From a virus: a stretch of DNA of 64,000 bases. Position numbers and translations under genes: made by a program. The notes below the pieces were generated by a model. It was not told where the DNA came from. It was given only the letters and a program-made list of their open reading frames with translations, and did not search any database. Location: IMG/VR virus record IMGVR_UViG_3300010232_000155. One strand, given 5' to 3'. Within the stretch, counting starts at the first letter, position 1, and each line of letters starts with the position of its first letter. Of this stretch, positions 57,418-64,000 are shown piece after piece.

Positions 57418-59283
57418 TTAATACTTACCCGGCTGGGCTGTCCGACCACGGATCTCAAGTTCATCGACAGTGTTACTGTCTAAGAGACTTTCAATAGAAA
57501 TAGTATAGTCAGCATCCGTAACATCCTCTGCTAGGATAAGCTTCTGGGCGGCTCTAGTCATACCGACATAGTGAACACGTCGCTCCTCATCGGCTATCGG
57601 ATTGCCATGTTGCCCACTGCCTCTCATATCTAACTCGTCATCCATATTCTCAATAATAGTTCGAGTACTATCAGTAGCCAGTAGGACATTCTCAGCTTCT
57701 TTACCCTTTGCACTATGGATAGTACCGATCCTGATCCGTTCAGGACTCATATCACTATTATCCATCATTATATTACCCTTGAGAGCTTCTTTCTCGTAAT
57801 AGTTAATTTCACCCTCGTCTTTGAGAGTCTGCAGGTAATTTCTCACGTTCATGGGAACACTACGACCATCTTGCTTTACTCGCAGGTTCTTCCTGACCTT
57901 ATCAGCATCAATACTAGAAAAGTTCCCCATAGCAAGATCGTGTGGGTCAAAGTCGTTTTGACCTTTGATCATATCATCAGTCGCATAATCCATGATCGTT
58001 TCAATATGACGCCCTTTGATCGTGTCTCCACCGTTTCTAAAATTAGCCAGAGCATCTCGGAGTTTGACGAGGTTTTGTGTCCAATTGTCAAACGTACTCA
58101 TATTGCGGAATGGGATCCCCATATCATGTAGATCATTTGAGAACTCATTGATCTGATACCGTGCCCTGAACAAGATGAGCCACTCGCCTTCCTCTAAGTG
58201 TTTCATCAATTCTCTCGATGTAGGATTCCTATACGCCAAAAACTCTCCTCCTTCACCATTTGGTTCGATCATCTTCTCCTGCCGTGTATTGACTTGCTGG
58301 ATGACACCATTACAAACTTCCCAGATAGTACGAGGGATGCGATACGTGGTTTCCAGTACTTCAAGCTCTCCTTCTTCTCCAAGCATGAAGTCAGGATCAG
58401 CTCCTGACCAACTGTAAATGCATTGGTCATCGTCGCCGCCGAGGAATACTTTATCACAGACCAACTTTTGAAGCAAGTACCATCGGTACTGAAGTGCTGT
58501 TAGGTCTTGAACCTCATCAACGTAGAGTACTTGAGTATCGACAAAAGGACCAGTCCCACGGAGTGCTTCCTTATCCAGCATGGGATCACTACGCGCTTGC
58601 TCGAATAATTCTGGAGTAGTAAGATCATCATCTGGGAACAATGGACCATACCCTTGTTCTAATAGCATTTTCTCACCCCAGTCTACAACTTTCTCAATCA
58701 TATCTCCGAAACCAACAAGTTCTTGATTTTTCTTATACGCTTCCCACTCGTTCATCAGCATTTCTGGATTCTCCTCCCATTCCCATTCCAAGGGACATTG
58801 TTTCCACTCACTGATCGGGAGACAGTTGGATTGGAGCCAACTGTACATTCTGAATAAGGCGTCACCCTCATCTAGATCACCAGCCATGATGTCATCGTCA
58901 TCATCATCATGTCCGAACTCCAGTCCAAATTTCATACAGAAGTTATTCTTGTCTCTGTAAAGTATGATGTTTCCTTGTTCAAGACCGAGTAGTTGGTAAC
59001 AACGACTGTGGATCGTCGTAACACGTTCTTCGATCTCGTACTTGTAGTAATCAGTCATCCGATAGAGTCTGTCAGCTGCTTCGTCTACACCCGAGTTTGT
59101 ATACGTTACCAACATTTGATCTTCGAGTGGATACTCGTCACTATGTTCGAGAAATAGACCGTCTAGTTCAAGTTCTGGATTACCAACAACCCTGGTAGTT
59201 TTACCAGTTCCAGGCCCACCGATGACTCGATGAACTTCAATATTATTATTCTCGTTATCTGATTCGCTCACAGTGTTGTTCAT
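57418..59283 (-). CDS. uvrD: UvrD/Rep-family SF1 helicase
   Basis: GGPGTGKTT, VDEVQD, GDDDQCIY, YRIP, TIHSAKGKEA, EERRVHYVGMTRA. Confidence 0.93.
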   Translation of the reverse strand: MNNTVSESDNENNNIEVHRVIGGPGTGKTTRVVGNPELELDGLFLEHSDEYPLEDQMLVTYTNSGVDEAADRLYRMTDYYKYEIEERVTTIHSRCYQLLGLEQGNIILYRDKNNFCMKFGLEFGHDDDDDDIMAGDLDEGDALFRMYSWLQSNCLPISEWKQCPLEWEWEENPEMLMNEWEAYKKNQELVGFGDMIEKVVDWGEKMLLEQGYGPLFPDDDLTTPELFEQARSDPMLDKEALRGTGPFVDTQVLYVDEVQDLTALQYRWYLLQKLVCDKVFLGGDDDQCIYSWSGADPDFMLGEEGELEVLETTYRIPRTIWEVCNGVIQQVNTRQEKMIEPNGEGGEFLAYRNPTSRELMKHLEEGEWLILFRARYQINEFSNDLHDMGIPFRNMSTFDNWTQNLVKLRDALANFRNGGDTIKGRHIETIMDYATDDMIKGQNDFDPHDLAMGNFSSIDADKVRKNLRVKQDGRSVPMNVRNYLQTLKDEGEINYYEKEALKGNIMMDNSDMSPERIRIGTIHSAKGKEAENVLLATDSTRTIIENMDDELDMRGSGQHGNPIADEERRVHYVGMTRAAQKLILAEDVTDADYTISIESLLDSNTVDELEIRGRTAQPGKY

Positions 59284-59339
59284 TGTCGTTCACCTTCTGT
59301 TACAGTGTTTTCGTTCATTTTTTATTCTTGTCCAGTACG

Positions 59340-60445
59340 TTCAGATCGTCTCACATGGGTTTTATGTTTTCCAAATCTCATCCTCAGACTGTCTCACCTG
59401 GGTTTTCTATTCAGATCGTCTCACAGTGCTGATGTGGTAATTAGCTGATCTGATCTCTTTCAGTTATCGATCTGTATTCTTGTGGTTGTATTTGGACTAT
59501 GGGGTATTTAAATCTTACGATGCAATAATGGAGTAGTAACTCGGGTTATTTTTTGATTAATACTCCTATCATCAAAATCTGGTACTCTCAGATCTTTACG
59601 CGCGCGCGCGCGGTATTTGCTATGTACCACAGTTGATCTCATTTTAATATTTGATGTTGATCTCATTTTTATATTTGGTGTTGATCTGGTTAAATCAATT
59701 CAGAATATACTCATAACAACAAAACTCTTTAAACTCATCATCTGTTAATTTAAATCAGAATAAACTCATTAAATTTTAATCTCATCATCTGTTTACTCAT
59801 CAAGACTAAACTCATTAAATTTAGATCTGAATATACTCATGACATCAAAACTCTTTGAGATAAATCTTATTAAACTCATCAAAATTAATCTTAGAAAATC
59901 AGTTGAGAATATACTTACCAAATTTACATCAGAATATACTCATCAAAATCAATCTTATTATGTTCAAACCAGAGGATACGGTTCGCCCGGACGGGGAGGG
60001 ATCGAGCCACCGCAGGGCGGTTGGACGGGAGGGTTTCAGTTCAGCCTCATCATCTCAGAATTTTTCTCGCGCGCGCGTGCAGATTAGCTGATTTGATCTA
60101 GTTCTCAGAATCTCAGATACTTACGCGCGCGAGCGCGCTCGCGCGCCGCGCGCGCGTATTTGCTCTTGATCTCTTTTTTTATTATTTCTGTTGATCTCTT
60201 TTTATTAGGGGAGGGGTTTTTATTATAAGGGAGGGTTTAAATAGGGGGTGTTTATAAGGGGAGGGTTTAAATAGGTATGCTGTTTTTATATATGCTGTGC
60301 TGTATAAGGGTGGTAAACACGGAACTCCGGTTACCGCTCCGCTACGCCGCCTATTGTATTAAAGGTTACGATATCGGGTCCAGTCTCGATCAAATCAGAT
60401 CAAATCAGCTTATACCGCGCGCGCGCGAGGAGAATCTCAGATTTT
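59340..60445. repeat. Non-coding cassette B: direct repeats, AT-rich iterons, four (CG)n tracts, 22-bp palindrome, G-quadruplex motif; origin-like
   Basis: cagatcgtctcac-type x3 (59342, 59385, 59412); 24-nt tandem at 59632; about 8 ACTCAT iterons; (CG)7 at 59599; palindrome 60125-60146; G runs 60208-60265. Confidence 0.85.
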
Positions 60446-60461
60446 CAGATTTCGCTCATAG

Positions 60462-60767
60462 CTATAGTGTCTCGTGATTTCGGAACCTATCCTTCAGACG
60501 AAAGTCACCAACTACGTCAATAGTTCCATCGTGACTCCAACCATGCTCTTGAGCAATTTCTGAGAATGTATCATCAGGAACGACCCGCTCTCTCTTTTCC
60601 TGATGGAATTTTTCTGCTACTCCCATGTTCCGTTTTGAATGAGTCACTGTCACTCTCGTTTCCACATGGACTTTCGTCACACCGTCTAATTCGAGCAGTG
60701 CATCGATCAGGTCAGTGTTTGTCTCGTCAGTCATGTTATTACTCGTCAGTATCTCGAACTCGCTCAC
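60462..60767 (-). CDS. Hypothetical protein
   Basis: 101-aa ORF; probable start MTDETN. Confidence 0.65.
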   Translation of the reverse strand: MSEFEILTSNNMTDETNTDLIDALLELDGVTKVHVETRVTVTHSKRNMGVAEKFHQEKRERVVPDDTFSEIAQEHGWSHDGTIDVVGDFRLKDRFRNHETL

Positions 60768-61056
60768 GAAGTCGATCCATTTTGAACTTTACACGTTCTG
60801 CGACTTGCTCCTCACCGTAGATGCGAGCCAACTGTCTCGTGGCTATCAACACATCTGCTATTTCGTCAACCACGTCCTCGGTGTCGTTTCGCTCTCGGTA
60901 GTCTCGTGCGAGTTCTGTATTCAACTCTGAGTTTTCCTCTATTGCCAGCATGATCTGGGCTTCTGCACCCCATACTTCTAAAGCACGGTCAAACAAGTCT
61001 ACGGGATCAGCCCCAAACAGTAAACTCTCTATCTTCTCACTATCGTCTTTAGACAT
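60739..61056 (-). CDS. MazG-like nucleotide pyrophosphohydrolase
   Basis: QIMLAIEENSEL...VVDEIADVLI. Confidence 0.85.
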   Translation of the reverse strand: MSKDDSEKIESLLFGADPVDLFDRALEVWGAEAQIMLAIEENSELNTELARDYRERNDTEDVVDEIADVLIATRQLARIYGEEQVAERVKFKMDRLRERVRDTDE

Positions 61057-61062
61057 TCCTCG

Positions 61063-61323
61063 TTACCTCCAGAATGACCACTTTTCAAATTGATTAAATA
61101 ATCTCTTCTTAAAACACTGAGACAGCAGTCCCTTACGATGATCATACATTTGCTGTCTCGTTACTGCAATGAAACCGCACTTGAGACACTTATAGCCAGA
61201 ATCGAGATCCTCGATACTATGTAAGAAATGGATCCTGTATCGCTCATCATGAAACGGAGGCTTATCATTACTCATCATCATCAATACTAACCGACGTATC
61301 AGCATGTTCAATCTGGTAATCAT
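61063..61323 (-). CDS. Small zinc-finger protein
   Basis: YKCLKCGF...MYDH; probable start MMSNDK. Confidence 0.6.
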   Translation of the reverse strand: MITRLNMLIRRLVLMMMSNDKPPFHDERYRIHFLHSIEDLDSGYKCLKCGFIAVTRQQMYDHRKGLLSQCFKKRLFNQFEKWSFWR

Positions 61324-61663
61324 CTGAGATCAGTCCATTATAATAATCCAGATTGAACGGATGCTCACCCGACGGTTCTTCATCTGCGAGAATAGCAAGC
61401 ATACACTGAATGAGATGTGTTGCATCCTTTCGATTAACAAAACACGATACAGAGCCTCGAAGGGGAGAGTGTATCGTGAGACGATACTGATTACGATGTG
61501 TTCGATCACCGAACGAGTGAGTTTTCTCTTGATCGGGTTTTGAAATACAGAACCAACTATCCTGACCAGATTCCCAATTGGATGGATCCCTTACTGACGA
61601 GTGAATTATCTCCTCACCTGGGAATGGAAACACTGGTGGTTCTTGTCTTACTGGTTCAGTCAT
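61268..61663 (-). CDS. Hypothetical protein
   Basis: 131-aa coupled ORF. Confidence 0.65.
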   Translation of the reverse strand: MTEPVRQEPPVFPFPGEEIIHSSVRDPSNWESGQDSWFCISKPDQEKTHSFGDRTHRNQYRLTIHSPLRGSVSCFVNRKDATHLIQCMLAILADEEPSGEHPFNLDYYNGLISDDYQIEHADTSVSIDDDE

Positions 61664-62057
61664 CGTACTGGTGATTCGGCTTTCTGTCTACTAGCCCCTG
61701 CGTTGCATCTATCCAGATCTCTATTGCATCCAATTCGTCTCCTAATATTTCGACTGCTTCGATGAAGGGACCATTATGAGAGTACTTTACTACAACTAGG
61801 GTCTGCTGAAACGAAACGACAACACCCCAAGCCTCGCAAGGATCAGTTGGTGGTTTCTCGTGTTGGATCTCCACTGGTCCCTCACGAACATCATAAATAC
61901 CATCGAGACTGTAATTAGTCTCGTCGTTAAGTAACGAGAGAACTGTTTCTTTTTTAGGTGCCGAGGCTCTATTGTAATCATCACCGATAACAACAAGAGC
62001 TGGATGAGATCCACCAACTCTGTTAACGTACACTGACTCGTCGTAGTTCTGATTCAT
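61656..62057 (-). CDS. Hypothetical protein
   Basis: 133-aa acidic coupled ORF. Confidence 0.7.
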   Translation of the reverse strand: MNQNYDESVYVNRVGGSHPALVVIGDDYNRASAPKKETVLSLLNDETNYSLDGIYDVREGPVEIQHEKPPTDPCEAWGVVVSFQQTLVVVKYSHNGPFIEAVEILGDELDAIEIWIDATQGLVDRKPNHQYDD

Positions 62058-62374
62058 TCTTTTGTGTCTAACTTCTTGATGTGTTCTGATTCCAAGAAAG
62101 TCTCCATCACTTGTAACTTCTGCAGCATATCTTCAAACGCTTCAAACACTTCGGGATTATTGTCAGCATCCATCTTACTGAGAATAGTAAGAGTATCATT
62201 GATCGACCTATCCGTGTAATGATACAGGTTGGCAATGACAAGTTGCAGATCATCAGCATCTTCTACCTCGGATTTCTTCGGTTTCTGTCCCTCGCGTACT
62301 TGCTCAGCCAATTCTTCACCGAATACGTTTTCGAGTTCGTCTGTCATTCTACTATGTCCTTTGTGTTCTGACAA
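62054..62374 (-). CDS. Hypothetical helical protein
   Basis: 106-aa acidic ORF. Confidence 0.7.
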   Translation of the reverse strand: MSEHKGHSRMTDELENVFGEELAEQVREGQKPKKSEVEDADDLQLVIANLYHYTDRSINDTLTILSKMDADNNPEVFEAFEDMLQKLQVMETFLESEHIKKLDTKE

Positions 62375-62841
62375 TCAGGATACTCTCGACAGCCATAGAA
62401 TCTCCCATGCTTTCCATCCCGAATAACCATCATCGAACCACATTGATCACACTTCATCATGTACTCACTAGTTTCATCAGCCAGATCGTGTAGTTTATCC
62501 AGTAGATTGTTTCTCCACGTTCTAATGCGTATTGTCTTATTGCGACCACCGACTGGTCTGTGAGCTTCTTTGTCCCAGATCAGTGTTCTGATCGCGTCAC
62601 TACCCTTTGAGCGAGCTTTACCACGCATCTTGTCGATAGTACTGAATACTCTCACAACGCGACCCGTATGATCTGGTAGAAAATCAGATGATTCATACAC
62701 GATCTCACCAGCATCTGCATCCTCGACTTCACTCCAATCCCACGGAGTGTATTCTAATACTTGTTCAAAATCATCTTTCGATGGTCGAACGTATTTCTTT
62801 GCCGATTCATCATCTTCTTCGTCGTCTGACCAGATTTTCAT
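62344..62841 (-). CDS. Protein with C-terminal topoisomerase-type C4 zinc ribbon
   Basis: CDQCGSMMVIRDGKHGRFYGCREYPDC. Confidence 0.8.
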   Translation of the reverse strand: MKIWSDDEEDDESAKKYVRPSKDDFEQVLEYTPWDWSEVEDADAGEIVYESSDFLPDHTGRVVRVFSTIDKMRGKARSKGSDAIRTLIWDKEAHRPVGGRNKTIRIRTWRNNLLDKLHDLADETSEYMMKCDQCGSMMVIRDGKHGRFYGCREYPDCQNTKDIVE

Positions 62842-63140
62842 TTTCCTGTTATTTCCTCTATGATCCTCTCGCGCACGCTTTCGAGATTGTTTTGCTCCTC
62901 TTCAGTTACGTCGATCCCATCAACATTGTTTTGAATGAGAGTATCAATGTGTTTGATGACTTCTTTCTTACCCTCCTTGTCTTGTTCTTGTGCCAGCACT
63001 TCAGCAATGTATGGATGTCCTGCAATGAGTCGTTTCCACGCAAAATTGGAAAGCGTCAGTTCATCCAGATTGATTTCTTTACTACTTACCATTCCGAGAG
63101 AGTAGTCCTTGCTACTCTCGATGAGTTCGTCTATTCCCAT
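62838..63140 (-). CDS. Hypothetical protein with MGIDELI N-terminus
   Basis: 100-aa acidic ORF. Confidence 0.7.
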   Translation of the reverse strand: MGIDELIESSKDYSLGMVSSKEINLDELTLSNFAWKRLIAGHPYIAEVLAQEQDKEGKKEVIKHIDTLIQNNVDGIDVTEEEQNNLESVRERIIEEITGK

Positions 63141-63205
63141 GTTTAGCCTAACTCAGGATTTGAACCTGACGTTAGACACTACGATCCGGAGGTACTTAAA
63201 ACCCC

Positions 63206-63472
63206 CTACGAGAGTCCAAGAATACTCCGCCCACGATCCCTGCTAATAACTCCCTCCTCGATCAGCGTATGCACGTAACGCTCGTCAGCTCGTCTAATAT
63301 CTGACTTCCCAATACGTATCACATCGTACCCACCACACTCTGTACAGACTTGGGCATTGACCCATGCTAGATTATCATCAGTTTCTTCTATTGCTGCTAG
63401 TGGGATCATGCCGAGTCTGACGAACTCGACTACCTCGCCACAATTACTACAATCATCCTCTACGCGTATCAT
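63206..63472 (-). CDS. Zn-ribbon protein
   Basis: CSNC...CTEC. Confidence 0.65.
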   Translation of the reverse strand: MIRVEDDCSNCGEVVEFVRLGMIPLAAIEETDDNLAWVNAQVCTECGGYDVIRIGKSDIRRADERYVHTLIEEGVISRDRGRSILGLS

Positions 63473-63900
63473 TCTTGGGATTGTACTTCTTTATCGAGTG
63501 CATCTGCTATTTGCATAGCATTATGCATCTCGTGAACTGGCTTACCTTCTATCTCGATATACCCGTGCGAGCAATCATTCCCACAGACTGCACAGCGAAT
63601 ATCTGTCGTGTAATCACGATCTGGAGTATCCTCCGTGAGAGCTGATACTGCAATCTCGTGAATTACATTGTGTCTCTTCTCGGCTTCCATATTACAGACT
63701 TCGTTAACAACGTAGGGATATTCAGCTCTGATCTCTTGTTTTATCTTATCCCACTGATCTTCGGTAAACTTCTTTACACCGAGATCAGAGTGGAATTGTT
63801 GTACGTACTCATTGTCGTCTCGTCCTGATTGTTGGGCTGTATTACGACCTCCCCTTCTGGGCGGATCTGCATCATCGGGTATTAAATCATCGATGCCCAT
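63469..63900 (-). CDS. Hypothetical protein with MGIDDLI N-terminus and C-terminal zinc motif
   Basis: CAVCGNDC...H. Confidence 0.7.
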   Translation of the reverse strand: MGIDDLIPDDADPPRRGGRNTAQQSGRDDNEYVQQFHSDLGVKKFTEDQWDKIKQEIRAEYPYVVNEVCNMEAEKRHNVIHEIAVSALTEDTPDRDYTTDIRCAVCGNDCSHGYIEIEGKPVHEMHNAMQIADALDKEVQSQE

Positions 63901-63913
63901 TTTGTGCTGTACT

Positions 63914-63964
63914 AAAAAAATCGAGCTTTTGGTTGACGGTCTTACTCTTCGGGAGTGAAGACCG
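63914..63964 (-). terminator. Hairpin plus T7 tract after a gene entering from the right edge
   Basis: acggtctt/aagaccgt stem around the stop at 63942-63944; minus-strand TTTTTTT at 63914-63920. Confidence 0.45.
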
Positions 63965-64000
63965 TGTTGGCCAGCTCCTGGCCACGTTCGTACTCACCGT

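Larger units (their letters stand above)
1..64000. mobile_element. Haloarchaeal virus or virus-like extrachromosomal/integrative element, probably non-tailed; ends not visible in the window
   Basis: Dense, mostly hypothetical, acidic ORFs with overlapping stops/starts; replication, integrase, virion-like and tRNA modules; no host core genes. Confidence 0.85.

Noticed and set aside
59340-59960. CRISPR array or mini-array
   Set aside because: Repeats are 6-24 nt, degenerate and tandem or irregularly spaced, with no unique 30-40 nt spacers; the Cas4-like gene is a solo viral exonuclease
59839-60091. Two short plus-strand ORFs inside cassette B
   Set aside because: Translate low-complexity AT repeats; composition unlike the proteome

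Overview
The whole 64 kb window appears to be one haloarchaeal virus-like element (strongly acidic proteome, AT-richer than typical Halobacteria by eye, archaeal TATA promoters, intron-containing tRNAs). No host housekeeping genes or att junctions are visible. It encodes a nearly autonomous replisome: intein-containing PolB, divergent PCNA, prim-pol, two MCM-like AAA+ cores, UvrD helicase, OB-fold SSB, Cas4-like exonuclease with an annealing protein, and a Dam-like methyltransferase. It also has a tyrosine recombinase and a large putative virion module: LamG and FN3 spikes, beta-rich capsid candidates, S8 and S1 proteases, a GT4 glycosyltransferase, and a 1177-aa helical-repeat protein. No terminase, portal, HK97-type capsid or tail genes are recognisable, so a non-tailed, probably lipid-containing virus is inferred. 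The most unusual features are: (i) three UbiA-family prenyltransferases plus an Mrp/MinD ATPase fused to an SCP2-like lipid-binding domain; (ii) a ~0.9 kb structured RNA operon with two canonical BHB-intron tRNAs (Gln-TTG, Arg-TCT) and two tRNA-like RNAs whose anticodon/variable region is replaced by large hairpin inserts; (iii) two mutually inverted non-coding cassettes ~35 kb apart with (CG)n tracts, GATC repeats and AT-rich iterons, with G-quadruplex motifs in or near them; (iv) an expanded family of small alpha/beta paralogues and several recurrent short peptide motifs (GPLG; M-G-I-D-D-L-I; K-L-F-D-D). All family assignments come from motif recognition by eye, not database searches.
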